This document shows, in pieces, positions 39,551-49,742 of a stretch of DNA of 64,000 nucleotides. The position numbers and the translations under genes were made by a program. This DNA comes from Podospora anserina (lineage: Eukaryota), in NCBI GenBank assembly GCA_017654855.1, contig CM030336.1, positions 4,154,001-4,218,000 on the forward strand, read 5' to 3'. Numbering within the stretch: position 1 is the first letter of the stretch; each line of letters opens with the position of its first letter. Under the pieces are notes generated by a model, which searched no databases, was not told the origin of the DNA, and saw only the letters and a program-made list of their open reading frames with translations.

Positions 39551-39844
39551 AATATTTGGAATGGCAACAACACAGCTTTCTGGGGATAGCAGCCTTTTCA
39601 GCCGGTCGTTCTATAGATCTTGGTGTACATATGCTACAAAACATCCATGCACACACATCACACATAAAACGAACGTGCGACCACTGCACTTGACCCCCGG
39701 ATCACCACAGATCGGCGCGGGTATGTCTCGAACCTACTCTGGGTCCAAATACAGCCTCACAAACGCATAATCCTCAGGACTACCTGCGATCGTGGGAACC
39801 GTTCACAAAATTCACTCCCTCCATCCTCCGATCAGCCAGGCTGA

Positions 39845-41767
39845 TTATAAATGCGGCAAAAACTCCGTCCACTCTACCGTCTCATACAACCCCCTCGGCG
39901 CCCCCCTCAAACTCACAAAAGCCTCCACAACCAAATACACCCTCGCAACCACAAAAGCCCCCAAAACCACATACACCCCCAACCTCCGTCCCCACCTCAC
40001 CAATCTCCCCCGCCCCTTGCCATCTTTCCCCGTCAAAGTAATCGGCATAGAAGGATTAACCCCCGAAACCCACCCATCAAACCCCGGCCAGCACTGCCTC
40101 GCAGAGAAAAAACCCCACAACACCACACCCGAAGCCGTTATCGTCAACGCAGAAACAATCCACAGTATCCTCTCTGCCTCTGCAACAAAGCTAAACGTCT
40201 CGAAATTGTTGAAGCCCGCTGAGCAATGCAGCGCTCCATAAGCTGCGGCTGTGGCAGCGAGTACGGCACGGAGGCGGTCACGGTGGATGTTGACTTGGCC
40301 GAGGGAGAGCTTATGGAGAGAGGGAAAGTTGACTATGTGAGGGGCGAGGTAATCTGCCTCGCCGAAGAAGTGGGCTAGTTTGGGGCCGAAGCCGAGGGTG
40401 AAGTAGTAGGGCTGGTAGTCGGGACGGGAGGAGCAGAGGGTGCGCAGACGGTCGGCGGCGTGGGAGGCGGTTTGGAGGAGGTGAGGAGGGATTAATGATC
40501 GAGTTTGCGCGGTAGGGTTGGTGGACGAGGGAGGTTTTTGAGCGTCGGGGAAGCCACGGCGGCAGTAGCGGCTGTGTCGCATGGAGAAGGTGTCGTATGG
40601 AGGCTTGAAGTAATCGAGGCATTGAGGGGAGACCAGGGGTGCGTTCAGGTTGAATTTGTAGCGATAACTGGTGTTTCTTGCATTTTGTGGTCTCTTGCTC
40701 TCAGCTGTGGCCGTGTCGGTTTCGGACCAGAGCTGACCAAAGCCGAGGAAGGCAGCTGGGTTCCTGGAGCCAGGTGACCCGATGGAGAGGTGGGTCCTCA
40801 GTTCTGACAGCTCTTGACGGGAAGTCTGCGAGGCAAGTGCGGGTGTTTGATCTGGCGAGGAAAGTGCTGGCGATGGATAACTCTCTGGCAGTCTCCAAAT
40901 CCTTTCATCATCTTCGTTTTCCACCACATGCACAAAGCACCTGATGTCCATGATTCCGTGCTCATCCACGCCACTTGTCTCTGGCGAGCAGAGGTGCATG
41001 AGCGCCAGCGCCTCGCTCCTTCTCTCATCAACGGGGAGCAACGTCGGCACCAGAATATCCAAGGGCTTGTGCCACCACAGCAGGTAGATACCCAGCGCAC
41101 AAGCAACATGCCCGCAGGTGTTGATCTCCAACAAAGATATTGGCAGATGCTTTGCTGCTCGGCCGATCACCTGAATCACCATCCACGCAGCCTGGAAACA
41201 AACAATGCTCTTTGCCAGCCAATCTGCCTTGCTCTTATCCCTAATCTGAGACTCTTGAATGGTAGGCAGATCCCCCAAGAACGACAACAGTCTGATACCC
41301 TCAGCGGTAACAGTCACTCGCCTCGGCTTTCCATCGACATCCATCCCAGCAGACTCAGGGAGATCAGCCACGAAGCCGCCCATAACGGCAAAGAAGCACT
41401 GCCCAATATCCCAGACTTGCCCGTTACCACCCCGACTCTTGACATCAATTTCGATTTGCCCCTTCAGCCAGGTAGCGACAATGAACTGTGCTGCTGCTGT
41501 AGCCACAACCACCTCAGGCGCGAAGATTCCGTAGACGACCCATTTCGCCTTGTCGAGAAACTGAAGCCGAAGGCTGTTACTGTGAGACTCGGGTGGTACG
41601 TTGAGGTGGAGTGCTGAGAAGACGCAAAGTGTGAGGGTAACGACACATGAAAAGACAAGAGAGAAGGTACCCCGCCCATTGGGTTCAGGCTGCCAGCCTA
41701 TCTTGTCATCCTCTCCAACGACGAAGCCCAAGAAGAGGAGAAAAAGCACGGCGCTAAATGTTGCCAT
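39845..41767 (-). CDS. Fungal multi-pass membrane protein of unknown function
   Basis: Intact 640-aa ORF with GWQPEPNGRGT...LCVFSALHLNVP, IRDKSKADWLAK, ISLLEINT...WWHKPLD and ARVYLVVEAFVSLR. Confidence 0.88.
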   Translation of the reverse strand: MATFSAVLFLLFLGFVVGEDDKIGWQPEPNGRGTFSLVFSCVVTLTLCVFSALHLNVPPESHSNSLRLQFLDKAKWVVYGIFAPEVVVATAAAQFIVATWLKGQIEIDVKSRGGNGQVWDIGQCFFAVMGGFVADLPESAGMDVDGKPRRVTVTAEGIRLLSFLGDLPTIQESQIRDKSKADWLAKSIVCFQAAWMVIQVIGRAAKHLPISLLEINTCGHVACALGIYLLWWHKPLDILVPTLLPVDERRSEALALMHLCSPETSGVDEHGIMDIRCFVHVVENEDDERIWRLPESYPSPALSSPDQTPALASQTSRQELSELRTHLSIGSPGSRNPAAFLGFGQLWSETDTATAESKRPQNARNTSYRYKFNLNAPLVSPQCLDYFKPPYDTFSMRHSRYCRRGFPDAQKPPSSTNPTAQTRSLIPPHLLQTASHAADRLRTLCSSRPDYQPYYFTLGFGPKLAHFFGEADYLAPHIVNFPSLHKLSLGQVNIHRDRLRAVLAATAAAYGALHCSAGFNNFETFSFVAEAERILWIVSALTITASGVVLWGFFSARQCWPGFDGWVSGVNPSMPITLTGKDGKGRGRLVRWGRRLGVYVVLGAFVVARVYLVVEAFVSLRGAPRGLYETVEWTEFLPHL

Positions 41768-42689
41768 TTGGCTGAAGCACCATCATTTTCAGCACTTCTG
41801 CTGCACAAGTCAAACCTAAAGTGCGGTTGGGAAGGGCTTTTGACCTGCCCAATATAACGACAACACCTGCAGCTGAAAGATTGAGGTTTTGTGGGCGTTG
41901 GTGAGAAGTTGCCCACTTAGTATGAGTGTGCCTGGATAAGCCGACTCCTCAGCGAATGAGAATGCTACAATTCTCCAAGCTCCGTCTTATGGGCTGACGC
42001 ATCCACACCTGATGCGACTTTGCTGGATTACTTCCTTGGCTGGGGTTTGTGTCGAGGAGGCTGAAGAAACAAGATAAGGCAGACTGGACAAGATGGGTTA
42101 AACCTGCTGTGATGTGTAGGTACCTGGTGATTCTACACATTGTGTTCGACAGAACCATGAGGCCGTAAGCCACGGGGATGGGTTTTGCACGAATACTTCA
42201 CTTCAGCATCACCGAAAGAGTTCGGTGATTCATTTTCACCTTTTGATTGCAACGTTCATCAAGTTTCATCAATTTACGCAAACCTCCCCTCTAGCCCCTA
42301 ACTGTCATCGCCCTGCGCCACGGCGATCAAAAAGCTACCCTTAATCCCCCCTGCCCTCGCCTCTCCTAGCGTTCTCCTCTCTATTCATCCTCGACCAACA
42401 ACCCTCACACGCAGTCCCGCTGTGCCGGGGAATAAACCACTCCGAAACCTCATAATACGTCATCATTCACCGCTTCTCCCTCAGGAACCTCAGCAACTCC
42501 CTTTTCTACCGGCACCCACCTGGTCTCTTTCGCCAACATGTCCTTCGTCAGCTCCGCAACGTTTGCCTTGTGTTCATCAATCTCGGCCTTCATTTCGGAG
42601 TTGATCTTCCATTCTGGGGGATATGGTCTGTTGGACGAGCTGGCGGACTGTCTGTAGCTGCTAGCAGGGGTGACATTTTCGCCGGTAGG

Positions 42690-42850
42690 TTGCTGCTGCT
42701 GCTGTGATCCCGCTGGCTGACAGATCGATATTGACAGGGGCGACATTGCCAGTGATATATTGCTGCTGCTGTAATCAGCTGGCTGAATAATCGACATTGA
42801 TATGGCCGACAGTACCACTGGCATATTGTTGCTGCTGTGATCCGCCGACT
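42690..42850. repeat. Degenerate tandem repeat of about 65-70 bp (about 2.5 units) inside a weak ORF
   Basis: GCTGCTGT(G/A)ATC recurs at about 42698, 42765 and 42831; GCTGGCTGA...ATCGA(T/C)ATTGA follows the first two. Confidence 0.55.
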
Positions 42851-43610
42851 TCTTGAGGAGGCGCGTCACTATGGCAAACAGGAGCGTTGGTCTGAACCTC
42901 CTCCTGTACGGGTGACGCAACCCGCAGAACTCTGGCCATCTTGACCGGGAGGATGACCATGCTCAACAAGCCCAATAGTAGAACCTTGCTGCTGGATCGC
43001 GCCATCTCCCTCAGAGTTGGCATCCCCGACTTATGAGAAAATGTCTTCCAAGCTGACCCCCGAGCCCTATCCAGGGTGGTCAATGAGATGAGACGGTCCC
43101 CGGCTTATCTTATAGACTGAGGCCTCAAGCCAAGTTAAAACAACGATATTTTTGCCTAAGCTAATCTAAGCCTAAATCTAGCTTAGTTTACCAGCTTGAC
43201 TTTTTATACCCTTTTTTTATCTATAGATATTAATAATAGCCTAATTCGTAGTATTAATATTTTTATCAAAGTAATTTCAAAGCCTATTAAAGGATTATAA
43301 AAGATTAAAAAGGTCCAAATAATAAAGAATTTCTATTTTTATTGCTAATTAATAATTAAATCTTCGTTTGTTGAACTTTGATTTTCCTAGATTATTATGT
43401 TTTAAATAGCATTTCTTAATGACTACTAGTAGCTATATTATTAGGCTTTTTGTAAATTACCTATTAACTTTATTCTTTTTAATGTTATACAACTTTGAAA
43501 TATTTTTAATTATGAAATATTTAACGGTATTATCCTTAAAAAGTAATATCCTCTAGAGTATAATTATTATTACCGGGATTATTACGTTTAGTATTACCGA
43601 ATTAGTAACG

Positions 43611-44009
43611 TGTGACGAACCCCTGTACAGAACCTCTGAAATGGATACTCGGTTGAAGGCTACTTCTGACAATTAGTTCGGTGCAGCTAAACAGTGCACA
43701 ACAAGATGTCTCAATGTAAACATAAGATACCGTGAATACAAGCTGTGATTGCATACTGCGGAACTATCTATCTACACCAGCCAGTTCCTCCGTATATATA
43801 GACCTTGGGACCGTGGACCATTAACTTACAGACGGTCCTCGGTCCACTCCTGATTGGCCGATACTGGACCGTGGACCGTAAGCTCCGCCGCGGTCCCCGG
43901 TCCCCATCTTATTGGTCCGTTTGCCCACCTGGACCGTGAGCCCCGCTCGATCGCGCGGTCCAGTCCTAATTAGTCCCTCGTAGCCCCACTATCTTCCAGA
44001 ACCGTAACA
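43611..44009 (-). mobile_element. 3' LTR of a Ty3/gypsy element (variant A)
   Basis: TG...CA termini, 399 bp, TATA at 43793-43800, adjacent polypurine tract; first ~196 bp homologous to 45469-45663. Confidence 0.92.
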
Positions 44010-44013
44010 TAAT

Positions 44014-44024
44014 GCTCCCTCTCC
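44014..44024 (-). other. Polypurine tract of the retrotransposon
   Basis: Minus strand GGAGAGGGAGCATTA immediately precedes the LTR start TGTTACGG. Confidence 0.75.
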
Positions 44025-44119
44025 AGGCCGAAGTCCCTGCGGCCTAATCTTCTTCCACTACTAATAATATCGTAAGTTTTTCCTCTTTACTTCTCCTACC
44101 TTTATCATGTCCTAATCGT

Positions 44120-44759
44120 ATGCAGAAACGTTATCGTAAGACTGAACAGTCTTCTTCCCTTGCCTCACGAATCCTCCGCTGTGGTTCTGCCGTGATGCCG
44201 TGCTCTACCTGTTTTACCTCCGGAATCCCTTGCATCATGGCCTCTGGGTCTTCACGATGCGCGGAGTGCGTGCGCCGTAAGATTCTATGTGACGGGTCTT
44301 ACGTTGGCTCCGCCCGTGGGTATACCTTCCTTTTCTTCCCGCACCGTAATTGACCACTCTCTAGTGACCCGAACGATGGAAGAGCAGGATAGACTCGAGC
44401 GTGAGGAGCAAGAGCTTGAAGACCAACTCTCGCAACTGACTGCCAAACTTATCCGGGTAAAACGAACACGTCGCTCCCTCCGTGCTCGCGAGGAGCGTCT
44501 TTTCGCGCGGGGTATCCAGGAGGAGGATGCCCAGGTGGCGCAGTCCGCAGCTGCGGCGCTACCTGATTCTTCACCGGGTGCTCCTGCGCGGCCGGACGCC
44601 GCCCAGGACACCGTTCCGTGGTCTCCTCACGTCTCGGACCCTTCCTTAGGCCTTGACTGGCCTTCCGACCTTTCCTTCGATCCTGATGTGGCCGGTCCTT
44701 CCTTCCTGACTCCGCAGGGTGCCGCCGGTGGCGCGCCTTCCACTTCCCAAGGTGGTTGA
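44120..44759 (+). CDS. Retrotransposon-borne antisense Zn2Cys6/coiled-coil protein (about 196 aa)
   Basis: CSTCFTSGIPCIMASGSSRCAECVRRKILC fits CX2CX6CX8CX2CX6C; intron 44316..44364 (GTGGGT...CTAG) joins it in frame to the coiled coil LEREEQELEDQLSQLTAKL; start codon uncertain. Confidence 0.85.
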
Positions 44760-44770
44760 GACGCGTGGCA

Positions 44771-45468
44771 CTACTTGTATCTGGGTCCCCTCACACCTTC
44801 CAACCTCGTAGTGTAGTGTGTAGCACGTCGACCACTACGTCGAGGGCGCAGGTTCGATTCCTGTCGAGGTTCTTTAATATCCAAGTTTATGGGCACAACC
44901 CGTGAACTTAAGTACTTATCTTTTTGTTTGGGTCGGTCTGGGTGTCGCCGGTGGAACTCTTTTAACTTGTCTGGGCAGTTGAGGTTTGCCTCTGGTTCCC
45001 ACGAATTGTCTGTAGCTGGATATCCCAATTAACAAACTAAATTTTCCAATTGGCCTCTGTTGAACCGTGAAATTAGTATTTCTTTTACATTGTATTCTTC
45101 TTCTTTGTCTTCCGCCACTATCTGCGTGTTAGCTTTGCTTGCCGGTAGTGCCGGTTCTAGAAGTAAGATATAAAAAGTATATAACTTTAGACGTATTGTA
45201 TTAGGTAGCTTTAACTCGAATACCGTCTCCGAGATCTTTTTTTTTAACCTTGAATGGGCCTACTCTCCTATAGTCCAGCTTCTTACTAAGTTGTTTAGTA
45301 CGTAAATTGCGTATAGAAAGGAATATTATGTTTCCCCCTTTAAGGCAAGGTCCCTCGAGCTTTTTACTATTATAGTATTTCTGTATTTTTTCCCTTATAA
45401 ACTTTAGTTTTTACTTAAGCTTGCCGTAAAATATATATAGCTTATTTACCTTAACCCTAGCCCTAAGT
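44771..45468 (-). pseudogene. 3' remnant of gypsy pol (integrase GPF motif plus chromodomain)
   Basis: Minus strand reads KKLDYRRVGPF...FELKLP...LLEPA...EEYNVKEIL...GYPATDNSWEPEANLNCP; AT-rich and RIP-damaged from about 45030 to 45468. Confidence 0.88.
44802..44872 (+). ncRNA. tRNA-like cloverleaf with non-canonical 6-nt anticodon loop
   Basis: Acceptor AACCTCG/CGAGGTT, D stem GTGT/GCAC, stem TCGAC/GTCGA with loop CACTAC, T arm GCAGG-TTCGATT-CCTGT; B box GGTTCGATTCC. Confidence 0.8.
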
Positions 45469-45872
45469 TGTGATGAACCCCTGTACAGAACCTCTGAAAG
45501 GAATACGGGTTGAAGGTAACTTCTGACAATTGGTTCGGTGCAGCTAAACAGTGCACAACAAGATGTCTCAATGTAAACACAAGATACCGTGAATACAATT
45601 GTGAATTGCATACTGCGGAACTGTCTAGCCACACCAGCCAGTTCCTCCGTATATATAGACCTTGATTCTCCCCGATCATGGTGATCATTCCGCTCTTCCC
45701 CAATGATCATAATGATCGCTATGATCCTTCTCTGGTTCCTTATTGGTTGTACTTCCGTGATCACTGCACTTCCCAGTCTCATTGCCCATGATCGCCCAGA
45801 CCGCCGTGACCTTGTTCTGATTGGCTGGTGACCTTGCACTGCTCCACCGTTCCCGATGTTAAGGTTGTGACA
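45469..45872 (-). mobile_element. LTR of the same family with a different U3 half (variant B)
   Basis: TG...CA termini, 404 bp; matches LTR A up to TATATAGACCTTG and is unrelated afterwards. Confidence 0.9.
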
Positions 45873-46920
45873 ATAATCTAGTGACGTAAAATAAGCTGTA
45901 ATAACTTCAAGCCAAGCGAAGGCCCTGGGCGGCAAGCCGAGACAGGATTACCTTCGGCTTGGCTTGGCTCATCTCATTGACCACCCTGGCCCTGTCCGTA
46001 ATTACTCTGTTCCCAGCCCGTAGAACCCGGGTCAGCATGTGTCTCCACCACATGCCTTTCCACCCCAACTGCACCCAGATCATTTTCTTGACCACCGGCC
46101 TCCAATGCATCTACTCCCGTCCCCATGTTGTTCACTGGTGCTTCGGTGTGATACATCGTTTTGTTCTCATGTTGATCTAGTATCACTTGTGCTGAGCGTC
46201 CTGGATTAGCAGTCTATTGTTATCCATGTACAACCATGACCAGGAACTTACACCCCTCAGCAAGTGACTGTTCTTCAATTAGACCCTGCTGTCATGTCAG
46301 ACAGGCCTGAAAGAGGTTGTGTTCATTCCAGGATGTCTCAAGACTAAGTGGGCACCCTGAGTGGGGGCAACACCAGCCTGCCATCCCATTGCCAACTGTA
46401 TTGGTAATGTGGTTATGATAGACATCTAGATTGGTCACACGGCCGCATGGAGTGGGACTACAGGCATACAGGATGGCAAAGTCCGTATTTGTGTGGCAGC
46501 TGGGACACTTGTATCGTACGTTGATATACTTTTGAGTGCCTTCGGAGTGGAAGTTAAGAGTACAAGGCGGTCGATCTCTGAGCATAGAAACCATAACAGG
46601 CTGGACAGAGGTTAAAAAACAGATGTCTTGGGACTTGCACATGGACGGGATCAAGATCAATTCCATATGAAATGACATGGTATACTGTACCACGGTAACG
46701 TAGTCTGACTTGAAAAGCGTTCTGTGTAAATCATGAACAAGTTTGCTATTTGTGGTGGGTTTGTAGGTTTGCATCATGTTTCCTTTGACGAGGACCAAAG
46801 GTGCAGTGTGGAAAGCCAAGTTTTGGTGAAGACGTTGTGAACGTGACGATCGACGTGTGATGTCAAAATAGGCTCTTGTCCATCCCTGTCTAGCCGCTTG
46901 GCAGCCACCCCTTCTTAGCT

Positions 46921-48843
46921 CTACACCCGCCTTTGCCATTCCGACACCAGCTCCACCTTTTCCATAGCACACTCCCAACTCCCAGCCTCATTCACATCAC
47001 CAACCCCGTCGTAAGCAGCCTTCTCTGGCCAAGGGCATATGGGTCGTTGAATGAACACGCCCGTGTTTGAGTCAGTTGGCCGATGCCAAGTCGTGGCAAC
47101 AAGCTTGTCGACCGCCTTCCCCTCCTCGGTCCACGCCATCAGTGCCAACAAAGCATCATGGTCGACATCCTCAAACCCCGGTACGGACCAAGTATCGCTC
47201 CCCATAAGTCCTGCCTGAAAAGCGCCTCCAATATTCCATGGTGCATTCGGCTTGCAATCCGGTGTTGAAAAACAGTGTCCCATGCCAGGAATTTGGAAAT
47301 ACCGAATGAACTCACGTACCCCATCCAAGTCGCCCCCAAAGGTGTCAATGGTCTTGTTATAGTACCACCAGGACCCCTTCTCCGGTACCAGGCCATCTGC
47401 CAAACCATGATACAAGATTACCTTGCCACCTCTGTCCTTGAAGTTGGAGATGTCGTACTGGATAGCTGAAGAATGACCAGGATCCAGTCTTTGTGCCTTG
47501 TCGATAATATCCTTCCCAAGCTTTGAGGTACCAGTCCAATCCAACTCCTTGTCGTCATTATCAAGCAGAAAGTCTCTAACATACCCCAGGCCATACGGGC
47601 TCGGTACCGTCCCACCCAACAAGATCGACCACTGATTCTCAGAGCTGAGTGTCAAACCAGGGTACAGCAACTCCCCATCCTCGGATAGCCACCCTTCATA
47701 GACCTTCCTAGCTGTCTCTGCCTGCTCTGCAGTCAGGCAATTACTGATGTTTGTCCCAAACTCTGAGCAAACCAAGGTTCCAAGATCAAACTCGCATTTC
47801 TCAGGACTGCTGACAATGCCATCCTGTACGCCATCCACATCGTCACACTGTCTCATGACCTCTTCGAGCAGTAACGAGAACTTGTTCAATGGAATATGGT
47901 ACGGGTTGGAGTCGTCAGCAGGCAGGTTGTACAAGCCTATCTGCATCAAGAACGGGTTCAGCCTTGCTGTCCACCAGGCAGGGGCCCCGATTAGTGCGCC
48001 ATCGAAGCTATCGGGGAATTCCTGTAGCTCTCGCAATCCCTGCCGGCCGCCGGTCGAACAACCGCTGTAGTATATCCAGAGTTTGTCATGTTTAGGCTGT
48101 TGGTAATATTCTTGAAAGATCTGTTTGCCCAAAACAACGGAACGATGCATGGCTCTCCAGCCCCAGAGTTCCTTCTTCTCGGAGTGGCCGTTTGCCCAGG
48201 AGGTCTCGAGGGCAGTTGAATTGTGACCGGTGTCGGTCGAGAGGGCGGCCATGCCGTGGTGGGGACCTACTGCCCTGTTTTCTTGTTGTCAGCACCGATC
48301 AACAGTGCAATGATTGCGGTGAAGGCGATGCCAGGACCAATCGGACCTCGGTACTCACATGTCAAGCCAGTTGATACCACCGGAGAAGCCCCCATTTCCC
48401 ACCACGAGCAACCTCTTTGTCGAAGGGAGCTTATCAGGTAAGAACAGTCCAAAACGGTAGCTCGCCGTGGTGGAGTGATCGATTTGGAAGGTGACGGCGC
48501 ATAGCGGAGGGAGATTGGTGGGGTTCACTGGGTATGCAGGGTCGGAGGCTCCTTCACCGTAGAAGCCGTTCGCAGGGACAGGGGTCACGTTCTCGACGGT
48601 CACAGGCGTGTTGAGGGTGTGCAAGATAGAGGAAAGATATTGAGAATTGCATTTTGGATGTCTCGCTTGCCGGTCATCGTGTTGTCCTTGGGACTGTCGA
48701 GGTTGAAAATGGTGATTGCGTTTGCATGTCGATGTGGTGGTGGCGGAGTGGAGAATCGGGAGAGGGGAAGGTGATGTAAGGGCGTGGGAGGCGCTGGGGA
48801 GGATCACGACTGCTGTTGTTGTGATGAAGCGCCACAGCGTCAT
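46921..48843 (-). CDS. Secreted tannase/feruloyl esterase
   Basis: Signal peptide, VGNGGFSGGI, STDTGH, YYSGCSTGGRQG nucleophile motif, YHGLADGLV, PGMGHC and RPICPWP; intron about 48358..48273. Confidence 0.94.
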
Positions 48844-49742
48844 CGCTTATTAGTCATTGGTTGCAAGAATATTTGGAGGTGAAGGATTAAATTGAAGCAG
48901 CCTTGAAGGGGGGTCGTTCAGACGTCAAGTGAATGAGGAAGATATATACCAAATCGGCGGTTCTACATGTGCTGACAGCGGCAATAGTGATTGGGGTGAG
49001 ACATGGGGTTTGGGGACAACTGGGTTCATTGCCACGGTATTCCTGCTGTGGCAGAGGGACTGGGAAGGTGGCATTGTGGACAGCTCGTTCTGCTACTTGC
49101 CATTTGACAGAGTATCCATCGTGATTATTTGCAGTCGACTTGGTGACTTTTCAAGGTCATTTAGGTCATTATTGGACGCTTCTCAATCTGATCAGATGAC
49201 GGGTAGCAAGTCCGTGCCGGGCCAAGTGATCCTGGTGGCTGGGATCCTAGACTCGAGCTTCCAAACGGTAAAGCTCTCCAGGCACACTGGAAAGGTCATT
49301 GTGACGACAATAGGAGACTATGGAGCAGCTGTTACCGGGAGCATCCATGGACACAGTTCTCTAGTCGGCAACTGCTAAATCGATCAGTCCACCTTTTCCC
49401 AAACACTACTGAAAAGTCCCTTTTATAGTGACGACAGCCGTAAATCTATACAATTTTTATCCTTCTACGTCCAATCCTGGCCCAGTCCCGGCCCAATGAT
49501 CTATTCCCGTCGCACCAACACCGACCCTCCGATAGCGGCTGAGACCCGGGGGACCACCAACCTCCTCCAGTAGTATAAAAGTAATATGTCGTCTTGTACC
49601 TCAACAAAAATGTGTTATCAGTTTCGACGTGCCAGCACATCCGTAGGCAAGATAGCCTGGGAAAGACGACGACATCCGAGGTAGCTGTCCGGCTGTCCAG
49701 AGATATCCACGACCAGAATTGATTGCCATCTGACGTAATGGA

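Larger units (their letters stand above)
43133..45906. mobile_element. RIP-degraded insertion (possibly a DNA transposon) hosting the nested retroelement
   Basis: AT-rich block bounded by the direct repeat TCAAGCCA(AG) at 43125-43134 and 45907-45916; weak inverted termini AGTTA...TAACT. Confidence 0.6.

Noticed and set aside
40814-41617. 267-aa plus-strand ORF
   Set aside because: Antisense shadow of the 640-aa membrane protein.
43808-43966. CRISPR-like repeat-spacer pattern
   Set aside because: Eukaryotic LTR context, inverted arms around 14-nt spacers, and no cas genes.
44802-44872. Functional or amber-suppressor tRNA (CTA in the loop)
   Set aside because: 6-nt loop and no U33; kept only as tRNA-like.
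45451-45467. Telomere-like TAACCCTAGCCCTAA
   Set aside because: Only two imperfect units, inside RIP-mutated pol.
45411-45935. 174-aa minus-strand ORF
   Set aside because: Runs across an LTR; non-coding.
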